Source of the DNA: Desulfatiglandales bacterium
Lineage (GTDB): Bacteria > Desulfobacterota > DSM-4660 > Desulfatiglandales > Desulfatiglandaceae
Assembly (NCBI GenBank): GCA_963662465.1
Contig: OY759599.1
Location: forward strand, 704,001 to 768,000
DNA length: 64,000 bases
Direction: 5' to 3'
The notes beneath the pieces were generated by a model, which did no database searches, was not told the DNA's origin, and saw only the letters and a list, made by a program, of their open reading frames with translations. Position numbers and translations under genes: made by a program. This document shows, piece by piece, positions 48,007 through 57,661 of this stretch (positions are counted from its first letter, which is position 1; the number at the start of each line of letters is the position of its first letter).

Positions 48007-48607
48007 TTTCAATATGATCTTCGTATTGTGCTGCCTGTTCGCGGGCTGCGTGACCCAAAGCATTGCGCCTGCCCATATCTATACCCTATCGCCTGAATGG
48101 GGCGACGGCAATGCCCAGGCGGAAAGCGTGAGTAAAAGCCCGCTCATCATTAAACTAGCCCCGGTTCGCGCAACGCAAGCCCTTACCGGCACCGAAATCG
48201 TTTATACTGATTCACGATATGGCCTGAACAGCTATGCCCACAGCCGCTGGAGTGATGCGCCCGTCAGATTGCTGCAAACACTTTTTCAGGTTGCCCTGGA
48301 AGAAAACAGCCGCTTTAGGGCTGTTATTCCCCCCACCTCCGCCGCGGGAGCCGATTTGCTTTTGGAAAGCACGCTTTTTGATTTCAGTCACCATATCAAG
48401 GATGATGGGACTTCCGATGGTGTTATCAGAGTACGGTTTTATCTCATAAACAATACGACAAAAACGGTAATAGCGACGAAAGAGTTTTCGTCCCGAATGC
48501 CGGCGTCCGCGCAGAATGCCCGGAGCGCCGCGGCCGCACTCAACAAGGCCGCGACAGCTGTTGCCCGTGACCTTGTCGCCTGGCTTGCTGAACCCGACAG
48601 GTTTTAA
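47996..48607 (+). CDS. PqiC-like ABC auxiliary lipoprotein
   Basis: Lipobox FAGC, YAHSRWSDAP; last gene of the mla operon. Confidence 0.82.
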   Translation: MKNSFNMIFVLCCLFAGCVTQSIAPAHIYTLSPEWGDGNAQAESVSKSPLIIKLAPVRATQALTGTEIVYTDSRYGLNSYAHSRWSDAPVRLLQTLFQVALEENSRFRAVIPPTSAAGADLLLESTLFDFSHHIKDDGTSDGVIRVRFYLINNTTKTVIATKEFSSRMPASAQNARSAAAALNKAATAVARDLVAWLAEPDRF

Positions 48608-48785
48608 AAGAAAAGACAGCAGGGGGATTGATCCTCAAAAACTCAATCTTTCTTCTTGACTTGAAATCTTCAAAGGCGTAAGGAAGCTGAATAGTTACCT
48701 ATTTCAGCCTCATCGCTATTGCCATCAACCCTGTTCTTTTTCGTCTTCAGTCCAAGGAGGAAAGAATATGACCCACGGCATCTAA

Positions 48786-48819
48786 AAACCCCGCTACCCA
48801 AGGTAGAACGGGGTTTTTT
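48786..48819 (+). terminator. Intrinsic terminator
   Basis: AAACCCCG CTACC-CAA-GGTAG AACGGGGTTTTTT hairpin with T-tract. Confidence 0.75.
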
Positions 48820-48987
48820 GTTGGTCGGAAAGTGAGATTTGAAACAATTCAGTCCGGCCCGAACCGCAGGCGGATCAATTTATGAATTGTAAAACCTGGT
48901 TCATTTTTTGCCGGAAATTAAGTAAAAGTAGGACTTATCCGAAAATCGTATAATAACTTGTTCGCCCTTAGAAATGGAGAAATAATT

Positions 48988-49282
48988 ATGATAAGACTTG
49001 AGATAAAATCCGATTTTGAAGATGCTGAATCACTTATCAGGTCAGCAGTTTATTCCGAAATAAAAAGGTTTGAAATAGGACTAAACAGAACCGAAAGGGA
49101 AATCAGAAAATTTGAAGACAAATATCAGATATCTTCCGACATATTCGTCAGGAGAATATACGGCGGAGGATATGGATGGCGGAGATGATGAGTATGTTAG
49201 TTGGATGGGAGAAATCAAAATAAGGCGGAAGATTGCCGGAGAACTAAGCAAACTGAAAGAGACTGAATATGTTACTCAGTGA
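48988..49282 (+). pseudogene. Frameshifted antitoxin-like gene
   Basis: MIRLEIK...KFEDKYQISSDIF, then a shift near 49150 into EYTAEDMDGGDDEYVSWMGE...EYVTQ*. Confidence 0.65.
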
Positions 49283-49400
49283 ATATCTGCATGAAATCAC
49301 AGAGACAGTCGGCGAACTGGCAGAAACGGGTCTGATTCTGTCCTCCGAGCTAACCGCCGATTTCAGGACAAAAAAGATCGGTCTGATAAAAGGTGTGCTG
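49269..49400 (+). pseudogene. N-terminal fragment of a probable DUF6516-like toxin
   Basis: MLLSEYLHEITETV...DFRTKKIGLIKGVL overlaps the antitoxin stop and ends abruptly. Confidence 0.5.
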
Positions 49401-49401
49401 T

Positions 49402-49617
49402 ATTGTCGTTCTTGAAGGCGTGGCGGCAACGCTCGTACCTTGAAAATGGCGGTAGAGACAAGGCATGCCTTGTCTCTACAATCGCAATCGCAGCGGCAAT
49501 CGGAATCAATATCGCAATCACAACAACCGCCGTCACCATAACCACTACAAACCATCGGGCAAAAACGATTTCAAAATCAGGGGAAAAATACCCTGTCGTC
49601 CATTGTGGGGTCATACA
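49402..49617 (+). mobile_element. Fragment of a REP-associated tyrosine transposase (RAYT) with an embedded 28-bp REP palindrome
   Basis: Perfect palindrome GTAGAGACAAGGCATGCCTTGTCTCTAC (49452-49479) reads VETRHALSL, then a Q/S-rich linker with one stop, then TIGQKRFQNQGKNTLSSIVGSY. Confidence 0.7.
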
Positions 49618-49619
49618 GC

Positions 49620-49740
49620 CATAAAGATCTGAAGGCCGACTATGTGATCGCCAATCTGCCCTTTAACGACAGTGACCGGAGCAGCGAACTGCTCCAGAAA
49701 GACGGCAGGTGGAAGCACGGCATTCCGCCCTTGGGCAGTG
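49620..49740 (+). pseudogene. hsdM: Internal fragment of type I restriction-modification methyltransferase
   Basis: HKDLKADYVIANLPFNDSD...DGRWKHGIPP, a degenerate NPPF motif IV. Confidence 0.75.
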
Positions 49741-49755
49741 TCTTGAATTAAAAAG

Positions 49756-51216
49756 TCAAGAACGTCCCCGGCGGCGATCCACATAGAGAGCGGTTATCGC
49801 TAGAACGGAAGACATCGTGATGACCAGGGCTGCCGTTTTGTAGAGGCCCGAAAGACCTGCCACCAGGGCTTCGGGGGGTGCTTTGGCCACATCTTCCAAT
49901 CCCGGCACCGCGGCCTTCGCCAGAACCCACGCGGTAAAGGCAGCGCCGGCAAGCGGGATGCCCGAGGCATGCCCGAGGCTTCTGGACAGCGTCATGAGCC
50001 CGGAGGCAATCCCCAAACGCTTGTGCGAAACAGCACCCATAATGGCACTGTTGTTGGGTGATTGAAAAAAGCCCATTCCTACACCAATGGGAATCAGTCT
50101 AAGGGCCGTCCCCGCAAGGTCCACATCCACGTTGAGGCTGCTGATACAAAGACACCCAGCCACGCAAAACGCAAGTCCAATAAGCGAAATGCCCCTTGCG
50201 CCGAACCGATCCGCCAACCGCCCCGCAACAGGAGAAAATATCCCCATGCTCACCGGCACAACCATCATGAGAACCCCCACAACGGTGGGGGAATACCCCT
50301 TGACCAGTTCCAGATAAAACGGCATCACAAATCCGGCGGCAATTACCAGAAACACAAGCCAGCCCATGATAAGATTGATACTGAAAAGCGCATTTTTGAA
50401 AAGTCCCGGATCTACCATGGGCGCCGGGACGCGTTTTTCCACAACGATAAAAAAGATCAGAAACAGCACCGCTCCTGACAGCAGTCCCAGGGTTATGGGG
50501 TGAGAAAAACCCCCTTTCTGACCATAACTCATACCCAAGGCAAATGCTCCCATGAGAAAAAGCATCAGAATTGCCCCCGGAAAATCAAAGGATGTACCTG
50601 CTTCCTCCGGTTTCACACTGGGCACAAATTTGAGCGTTGCCCACACTGCGAGAATTCCCGTGGGGAGATTGACGAGGAAGACACTTCTCCACCCGAACGA
50701 TCCGATGAGCATCCCTCCGACAGCGGGTCCCATGGCAAGCCCTACGGAGACCGTACTGCCAATGATGCCCATGGCCTTTCCTCGTTCACTGCTGGGAAAT
50801 GCTTCGGTGGCAATGGCAGCCCCCAGGGCCTGAGTAACGGCCGCACCCAGTCCTTGAACCATTCTGAATAAAATCAGCCAGTATACGCCGGGAGCCAGTC
50901 CACACAGGAGAGATCCGGCTGTGAACAGCGAAATCCCGTAGGCATAAAGGCGCCGCTTTCCCTTCATATCCCCCAGGCGGGCAAAACTTAAAGTCAATGA
51001 GGTCACTACGAGCACATAGCCCAGAATGACCCATTGAATGGTCACAAAATCTGTTCCCAGATCGTGGACAAGTGTGGGTAGAGAGACGCTGACGATGTTC
51101 ACATCGAGGGTTGCCATGAATACGCTCAAACTCACTGCCATCATGGCGCCCCATTTGGAAGGAGCTGGGGGTGTTGAACCTTTTGAACTTTGTTTTAACG
51201 AACTGCCGATAATCAT
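49756..51216 (-). CDS. MFS drug:H+ antiporter (DHA2, EmrB/QacA-like)
   Basis: FMATLDVNIV, ARLGDMKGKRR, GPAVGG...GWRSVFLVNLP, FQSPNNSAIM; about 14 TM; start uncertain. Confidence 0.9.
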   Translation of the reverse strand: MIIGSSLKQSSKGSTPPAPSKWGAMMAVSLSVFMATLDVNIVSVSLPTLVHDLGTDFVTIQWVILGYVLVVTSLTLSFARLGDMKGKRRLYAYGISLFTAGSLLCGLAPGVYWLILFRMVQGLGAAVTQALGAAIATEAFPSSERGKAMGIIGSTVSVGLAMGPAVGGMLIGSFGWRSVFLVNLPTGILAVWATLKFVPSVKPEEAGTSFDFPGAILMLFLMGAFALGMSYGQKGGFSHPITLGLLSGAVLFLIFFIVVEKRVPAPMVDPGLFKNALFSINLIMGWLVFLVIAAGFVMPFYLELVKGYSPTVVGVLMMVVPVSMGIFSPVAGRLADRFGARGISLIGLAFCVAGCLCISSLNVDVDLAGTALRLIPIGVGMGFFQSPNNSAIMGAVSHKRLGIASGLMTLSRSLGHASGIPLAGAAFTAWVLAKAAVPGLEDVAKAPPEALVAGLSGLYKTAALVITMSSVLAITALYVDRRRGRS

Positions 51217-51409
51217 GATCAAGCACTGACCCAATTGATGGTATCCACGCGCAGATCCTTCTGGGAAGCCCCTCAGGTAAAATCCGTCCCATGTATGCAC
51301 AAATTGTAGACGTCAACGGATCATATTTCATTGTTTTCGCAAAAGCAATTTTGTTATAATGGATCGAACGTCTTCTCAACCCCAATTTCAATTATCTTTG
51401 GTCAAACCT

Positions 51410-51931
51410 ATGCTGTTAAAAGGATACAAAACAGAGATTTCACGCCCCGAATGCAATCCCGGATTTCAAACGGTAGACTGCATCGCACATCTGGAGAAGG
51501 ATATCAGCGAAGTGCTTCCCTATTTGAACGCTGAACTGGGAGGATATGAATACTTTAAGAATCCGCCGGCTGTGAGCTTTCGGCTTCAGGGAAAAATTAT
51601 CGTTTTTCACGGCGATAAAATTACCATCAACGCTCTTAAAGACGAGGAAGAGGCTGAAAAAATCCTTCAGTGGCTGATGCGGGAAGTCAATGATATCTGG
51701 GAGCGAAAACATGAAATCGTACCCTCATACAAAAGTGCACCCAAACCCAACATTTTGCAAATCCTCAAACTTCTTCCCGGATTAAGTGGATGCCGGCGAT
51801 GTGGGCAACCCACCTGTATGGTTTTTGCGACACTTCTGGCTCAGGGCGCAAAAGGGCCTGATAACTGCCCGGAGCTGTCAAATCAAAAGGCTGAAGCGCT
51901 GCGGCAATACCTGGACCAATTCTCCTTTTAG
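51410..51931 (+). CDS. Fe-S cluster domain protein
   Basis: C-terminal LLPGLSGCRRCGQPTCMVFA...CPEL (CxxCxxxxC...C). Confidence 0.8.
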   Translation: MLLKGYKTEISRPECNPGFQTVDCIAHLEKDISEVLPYLNAELGGYEYFKNPPAVSFRLQGKIIVFHGDKITINALKDEEEAEKILQWLMREVNDIWERKHEIVPSYKSAPKPNILQILKLLPGLSGCRRCGQPTCMVFATLLAQGAKGPDNCPELSNQKAEALRQYLDQFSF

Positions 51932-52060
51932 GATGAGGATAAGACCATCGGCGCCATTACGGCGTATCGTACAGCATTTGGTGTCAACTCAGGGGATGTT
52001 GTTCAGGAAGGAGTGAATCTACAGAAACGACATCAATATCGCATCGCGGATTGAGAAGCC

Positions 52061-52099
52061 GGGCCGAGGGAGACAACCTCCGCTCGGCCCTTTTCTTTT
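52061..52099 (+). terminator. Intrinsic terminator
   Basis: GGGCCGAG...CTCGGCCC stem followed by TTTTCTTTT. Confidence 0.65.
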
Positions 52100-52588
52100 G
52101 TCAGGGGATACGGTATTTGACACTTTCACCATATGGAAAGACCCGCCAGGTATCCTGTGCAATTACGCACCAGTACCATGGGAGCGAGGGGTCGACCATG
52201 TCGAATTTCACCTTCACTTGGATGTCCAATGTGGCCGCTTGTGGATCAAGCGGCAGGTTCAATTCCATACGGCTGCAAGATATGGTAAAAAGCTCCTTGT
52301 CCGGCCAGAATTTGATCCGGACAATCTCGCTCCCCCCGCTGCTGCTATTGTAGTATAGATAGTATCCAGCGCTCATATAGCCGGGCTTGGGGTCGGACCA
52401 GGCAAAACACCATAAATCAAGACAGTTAGTGCAAAAAATGGCCTAAAAACGGCCCTATAATCGCGTTTTTGGGCTTTCAGTCGTCGACGACCGAACAAAA
52501 GTTGCCGCCGCCATGAAAATGGGGTATCATAATTTGGTTCATCGCGGATTAACGTGAAATCGCGCTTTGAGATTGTTTCGGTTCGGGC

Positions 52589-52648
52589 TGTAGGTGCGAC
52601 TTCAGTCGCACAGGGTCGGCTTAATGTGCGACTGAAGTCGCACCTACA
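52589..52648. repeat. GTAG-family REP doublet with perfect 24-bp inverted arms
   Basis: TGTAGGTGCGACTTCAGTCGCACA - 12 nt - TGTGCGACTGAAGTCGCACCTACA. Confidence 0.88.
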
Positions 52649-52909
52649 ATCGGCTCAGAAGCCAAATCTCACGCGAATCCACGATGAGCCCATAATTTCA
52701 CATGAAATCCTTGAGTTGCCAGCTTTGAAGAGGCCTGTAGTTTATGATCGATACGGATTCACCCTGGAAAGAAATCCTGGAACATTATTTCGAACCTTTC
52801 ATGGCCCTGTTTTTTCCCGACGCTCATGCTGAGATTGACTGGGAGAGGGGCTATGAATTTTAGGTGTGATTGGCATGCCACGAGAAAAGGCAAGGGGGTC
52901 GTATAGCAG

Positions 52910-54055
52910 ATGCGAATGGTTGTTTTTCTAAGCGTTTTCATTACCCTCTACGGGTCTCTCCATTTTTATGCCTTCCGGAAGGCCAGGGGGGCATTTCGTT
53001 TTCACAAAGGCGTGGGCATCGTTTTAGGCCTTTTCATGGGGGGGATGATTTTTTGTCCCATCATGGTCCGGGTGCTCGAGCGGCAGGGGATGGATTCCAT
53101 TGCCTGGATGTTGGCTTATGTCGGATACACCTGGATGGGGTTCCTGTTTTTATTTGTTTCGACCGCATTTTGTTTGGATGTTTGCCGAGGTTTGGGCTTT
53201 TTGTTTTTCCGAGCCAAAGGTCGCCGGCCCATTAAAAGGTTGCTCTCGCCAAAGGCGGTTTTTTCCCTCGCCCTGGGGGTGGCGTTGGTTTTGGGCGTTT
53301 ATGCTCAGATCGAGGCCGTCAGCATTCGAACGGAGTATGTTGTCATCGAAACGCCCAAAATTCCGAAAGAAGTGGGTCGCCTCAGAATCGTTCAAATTTC
53401 GGATGTTCATCTGGGGCTGATTGTGGGAGAGTGGCGGCTATCGCGGATACTGGATGCGGTAGCTGCGGCAAATCCGGACATCCTGGTTTCCACCGGGGAT
53501 TTGCTGGACGGGCAGATCGATGGCATTGAAGTCCTGCCGGAAGCATTTCAAAAGATCAAACCGCCTCTCGGCAAATATGCGGTCAACGGGAACCACGAAT
53601 ATTATGTGGGGATCGAGCGGGGCCGGAATTTTTGTAAGGATGCTGGTTTTACCCTGCTTTCAGATGAAACCATTGATATTCCGGGCGCGGCGGTTATCGT
53701 CGGGGTGGATGACCCGGCTGCAAACCGATTCGGTCTACCTGAAAAGGCGACGGAAGAGCAATTGTTATCCGGTTTGCCAAAGGACCGGTTTATCCTGCTG
53801 TTAAAGCATCGGCCGACGTTGAATCCCCTGTCTAAAAATCTGTTTGATCTGCAATTGTCCGGTCATACCCACCGGGGGCAGATTTTTCCCTTCACCCTGA
53901 TCATCAAGATGTTTTATCCCATTGATTCGGGATTGCTGAAGCTCGAAAACGAATCTTTTCTGTATGTCAATCGGGGGGCCGGGACCTGGGGGCCGCCCAT
54001 GCGGTTTCTGGCGCCTCCCGAAGTGACGGTGATCGATCTGGTGCATGGGAAGTAG
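52910..54055 (+). CDS. Membrane-anchored metallophosphoesterase (YkuE/YaeI-like)
   Basis: About four TM segments, then SDVH, GDLLD, GNHE, LLKH, GHTHRGQ. Confidence 0.9.
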   Translation: MRMVVFLSVFITLYGSLHFYAFRKARGAFRFHKGVGIVLGLFMGGMIFCPIMVRVLERQGMDSIAWMLAYVGYTWMGFLFLFVSTAFCLDVCRGLGFLFFRAKGRRPIKRLLSPKAVFSLALGVALVLGVYAQIEAVSIRTEYVVIETPKIPKEVGRLRIVQISDVHLGLIVGEWRLSRILDAVAAANPDILVSTGDLLDGQIDGIEVLPEAFQKIKPPLGKYAVNGNHEYYVGIERGRNFCKDAGFTLLSDETIDIPGAAVIVGVDDPAANRFGLPEKATEEQLLSGLPKDRFILLLKHRPTLNPLSKNLFDLQLSGHTHRGQIFPFTLIIKMFYPIDSGLLKLENESFLYVNRGAGTWGPPMRFLAPPEVTVIDLVHGK

Positions 54056-54152
54056 GAAAAGCGGTTGACCTATCCATTGGCTCGGATTAGATGGCATAAA
54101 CATCAAAACAGTTGTCAGGGGGCAGGATACAGTTACTTAAGGAGATCCCAAT

Positions 54153-55736
54153 ATGGAAACTGTTAACGACACCATCGGCGGCAGCTTGGAAAAAATCGCA
54201 CGGCGCTATCCCGAGCGCGACGCCCTGATTCATAGCCAAAGGGGTATGCGGTACAACTATGAACTTTTGTCGTGGCAGGCGAGCCGGGTCGCCGGCGGTC
54301 TGGCGGCTCTGGAGATTCAAATGGGGGATCGGGTCGCCATATGGGCTGCCAACATCCCGGAATGGGTCATTTCCATGCTGGCCATTGCAAAGCTGGGCGC
54401 CGTTTTCGTTCCCGTTGATCCGGGGGCCGGCGAGGAGGATTTGAAATACATTCTGGCGCAGGCGGAATGTGTAGCGCTGATGGTGTCGGGAGACCTGGCG
54501 GATCGGGCGGTGTCAATTAATATTTTGTCCCTTAAAAACATCATTGTGACGTCCTCCGAACCTTACGAGGAGATCATCTCATGGTCGGAGCTGATGATCA
54601 TGGGGGACCAGGGGGATTCCGCAAGTCTCCTCGAAATGGAAAAAACTGTTCAGCCGGAAGATCCCGTGGCCATCATGTACACTTCCGGCACGACGGGTCG
54701 GCCCAAGGGGGTCGTATTGGATCACCTAGGATTGATCAACAAGTCCCTCTGTTCCACCGAACGTCAGAACATCACGGAGCAGGATCGCCTGTGCCTGTTT
54801 TTCCCTCTTTTTCACATGTTCGGCAACACCTGCATTGCACTGTCGGGTCTCATTCGAGGGGCGGCCCTGGTCATGCCCTCTGAAGCTTTTGACCCGGTCA
54901 ATATCCTTGAGAGTATCTTTAAAGAACGTTGTACTGCAATTTACGGATCTCCCGCCATGTTTATCGCGTTATTGGAACACCATGCCTTCAGGAAAGATCG
55001 ATGGGCATTGGTGCGAACGGGCATTGTGGGGGGCGCCCCCTGTCCCATGGAATTGATGAAGCGACTTGTGGAAGAGGTGGGGGTTTCGGAAATCACGGTC
55101 GCTTACGGCATTACGGAAACCGCCTCCTGGATCACCATGACCCATCCTGATGATCCGCTTGCGTTGCGGGTGGGGACCATCGGAACCCCGTTGCCCTGTA
55201 ATCAGGTGAAGATTGTGGACCCGGCAACCGGCGAGGACCGCCCGCCTGATACCCAGGGGGAACTCTGTACCAAAGGATTTTTGATGAAAGAATATCATGG
55301 CATGCCGGGGGCCACGGCCGCCGCCGTGGATCGGGACGGATGGTTCCATACGGGCGATCTGGGAGAAATGGATGTAAAAGGGTATTTCAGAATAACCGGT
55401 CGGCTGAAAGACGTGATTGTCAGGGATAAAATGGAAATTTTTCCCGTGGAAGTGGAGGAGTGTCTATACCGGCATCCGGATGTGTCGGAGGTGCAGGTCT
55501 TCGGCGTACCCCATGCTGAAAAGGGACAGGAGGTGGCGGCCTGGGTTAAGCGAAAGGCCGGTTCCACTTTGAACGAACATGATCTGGCGGCCTATGCTGA
55601 GGAGAATGTGGCGGAGAAAATGCGGCCCCGTTATTTCAAAATAGTGGATGGTTTTCCCATGACGCGCAGCGGGAAGGTTCAGAAGTTTAAGTTGACCGAG
55701 CTGGCTGCAAAAGAGATCGGGATTGCCCCATCGTGA
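54153..55736 (+). CDS. AMP-binding acyl-CoA synthetase
   Basis: YTSGTTGRPKG, AYGITE, WFHTGDLG, GRLKD, SGKVQK. Confidence 0.92.
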   Translation: METVNDTIGGSLEKIARRYPERDALIHSQRGMRYNYELLSWQASRVAGGLAALEIQMGDRVAIWAANIPEWVISMLAIAKLGAVFVPVDPGAGEEDLKYILAQAECVALMVSGDLADRAVSINILSLKNIIVTSSEPYEEIISWSELMIMGDQGDSASLLEMEKTVQPEDPVAIMYTSGTTGRPKGVVLDHLGLINKSLCSTERQNITEQDRLCLFFPLFHMFGNTCIALSGLIRGAALVMPSEAFDPVNILESIFKERCTAIYGSPAMFIALLEHHAFRKDRWALVRTGIVGGAPCPMELMKRLVEEVGVSEITVAYGITETASWITMTHPDDPLALRVGTIGTPLPCNQVKIVDPATGEDRPPDTQGELCTKGFLMKEYHGMPGATAAAVDRDGWFHTGDLGEMDVKGYFRITGRLKDVIVRDKMEIFPVEVEECLYRHPDVSEVQVFGVPHAEKGQEVAAWVKRKAGSTLNEHDLAAYAEENVAEKMRPRYFKIVDGFPMTRSGKVQKFKLTELAAKEIGIAPS

Positions 55737-56011
55737 GGTTGTTAGTAGCCTAACGCTGCCCTGATCTGCAATTCAGAGAGCCGGTGCAAGGAATTGAGCA
55801 GACGTGCAAAGTCCTCCTCCCGCGGCTTTTATTCGGCGGCAGATGGTTACTTCACATGGACTGCCAGATCTCCCTGCCATGTGCCGTCAAAGATCCCGTC
55901 GTCCTTGTCGTCGATGGCAAAATCCGATTGACATTGCTTTTTTGAACGGATTAGAAATAATGTCGTTATTAAAAATGTCAGGATCAGGGAAAGGGCTTCG
56001 CAAGGAAAAAT

Positions 56012-57652
56012 ATGAGGGACGCAACGTTTTTACATCGCCTGCCGGGACTTCTTGTCATGATTGGATGCTGCTTTATGGTTGCATCCTGCGCCTTTGTGGA
56101 GGAGCGGATCGATCAAACCGTGGGAGGCCCGAATCTGCCGGCCGATACCACTGTGACCATGGCATCAGACGCCGGGAAACAACCACCTGTCGAAATACCC
56201 ATAAGCACGATGACGCCGCCCGGTCCCCTGAAAATTACCGTCACCGAGGCGATTCTGCTTTCACTGGAGAACAACCGATCCCTGGTTGTGGAAAGGTTGA
56301 ACCCCGCCATTACAAAAACCTTTGAAGACGCACAAAGGGCTGTGTTTGATCCGAATGCCGCCGCGGAAATCTCCGGCGGTCGGACCGACGGCGAACGGCA
56401 GGCAAGGGCCGGTTCCGAAACCGAATCCTTCATCAAGGATGAAGGTATGGGCGTCATTTCTCTCAGTCAGTTCTTCCCCACGGGCACCACCGTCACACTG
56501 GAGGGTAAAACGGAAATGGACGACTCCTCCCTTTACCAGGACGCCTTTTACTGGACACGCTTGGGCCTGACGGTGAACCAGGCCATTCTGAGGGGATACG
56601 GAAGTGATGTGAATCTGGTGAGATTGCAGCAGGCCCGCCTGGATACGCGCATGTCGGAATATGAGTTGCGGGGCTTTACCCTGGCGCTGGTGGCGCAGGT
56701 GGAAGAGACCTATTGGGACTACGCGCTGGCCGGACGTCAGGTGAAAATTTTTGAGGAGTCGCTTAAGGTGGCCCGTCAGCAGGTAAATGAAACCCTGGCG
56801 TTGATCGACGTGGGCAGATTGGCCAAATCTGAATTGCCGGCGGTTCAGGCGGAACTGGCGGCACAGGAACAAGGGCTCATCAACGCACGGAGCGACAGGG
56901 AAACCACGCGTTTGCAGCTCCTGCGGCTGCTCAACCCTCCGGGTGCGGATCTCTGGGGGCGGGAAGTGGATTTGATCCATCAGCCGACACTTCCTGACGT
57001 AAAACTGGATGATGTTCGATCGTATGTGGCAATGGGCATGCGGATGCGACCCCTTTTGAACGAGGCACGGCTCAAACTGATGAGCCATGATCTGGAGTTG
57101 GTCAAAACCAAAAATGGGTTGCTGCCCTTATTGGATCTTTTTGTCACCCTCGGCAAAAGTGGCTATGCGAATTCCTTTGGCCAATCCGTTCGCAACATGA
57201 CGGGAGACGCTTACGACGCCTTTGTGGGCCTTCGGTTTGAATATCCCCTCTATAATCGAGAACCGAAATCCCGGCGCCGGAGAGCCATGCTGAGCCGTGA
57301 TCAGGCGGAGAAAGCCCTTAAAAACCTTTCGCAGCTGGTGGCGTTGGATGTTCAAACCGCCTATATCGAAGTGAACCGTGCCAAACAGCAGGTTAAGGCT
57401 TCCTCCACTACACGCATGTTTACTGAAGAAACCCTTCGGGTGGAAACGGAGAAACTGCGTGTGGGAAAATCAACCAGCCTTCTGGTGGCGCAGGCGCAGC
57501 GGGATCTTCTGATCAGCAGAATTTCGGAAGTGGATGCTCTGGTAAACTACATTAAGGCACTCATTACTCTCTATAGCCAGGATGGGTCATTGCTTGAGCG
57601 CCGGGGTATCGGGGCGCCCGGCGGGGAACCGGTCACTTTTTCAAAATCTTGA
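56012..57652 (+). CDS. TolC-family outer-membrane efflux protein
   Basis: Lipobox-like VASC, LSLENNRSL, VEETYWD, two OEP repeats, GKSTSLLVAQAQRDL. Confidence 0.88.
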   Translation: MRDATFLHRLPGLLVMIGCCFMVASCAFVEERIDQTVGGPNLPADTTVTMASDAGKQPPVEIPISTMTPPGPLKITVTEAILLSLENNRSLVVERLNPAITKTFEDAQRAVFDPNAAAEISGGRTDGERQARAGSETESFIKDEGMGVISLSQFFPTGTTVTLEGKTEMDDSSLYQDAFYWTRLGLTVNQAILRGYGSDVNLVRLQQARLDTRMSEYELRGFTLALVAQVEETYWDYALAGRQVKIFEESLKVARQQVNETLALIDVGRLAKSELPAVQAELAAQEQGLINARSDRETTRLQLLRLLNPPGADLWGREVDLIHQPTLPDVKLDDVRSYVAMGMRMRPLLNEARLKLMSHDLELVKTKNGLLPLLDLFVTLGKSGYANSFGQSVRNMTGDAYDAFVGLRFEYPLYNREPKSRRRRAMLSRDQAEKALKNLSQLVALDVQTAYIEVNRAKQQVKASSTTRMFTEETLRVETEKLRVGKSTSLLVAQAQRDLLISRISEVDALVNYIKALITLYSQDGSLLERRGIGAPGGEPVTFSKS

Positions 57653-57661
57653 ACTTTCAAT

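Noticed and set aside
48586..48630. GCTGAACCCGACAG resembling part of the ydaO c-di-AMP riboswitch
   Set aside because: It lies inside the pqiC-like coding sequence, and the other conserved elements are missing or out of order.
56012..57652. TolC gene without adjacent RND/MFP partners
   Set aside because: Stand-alone TolC genes are common, so this is not unusual.
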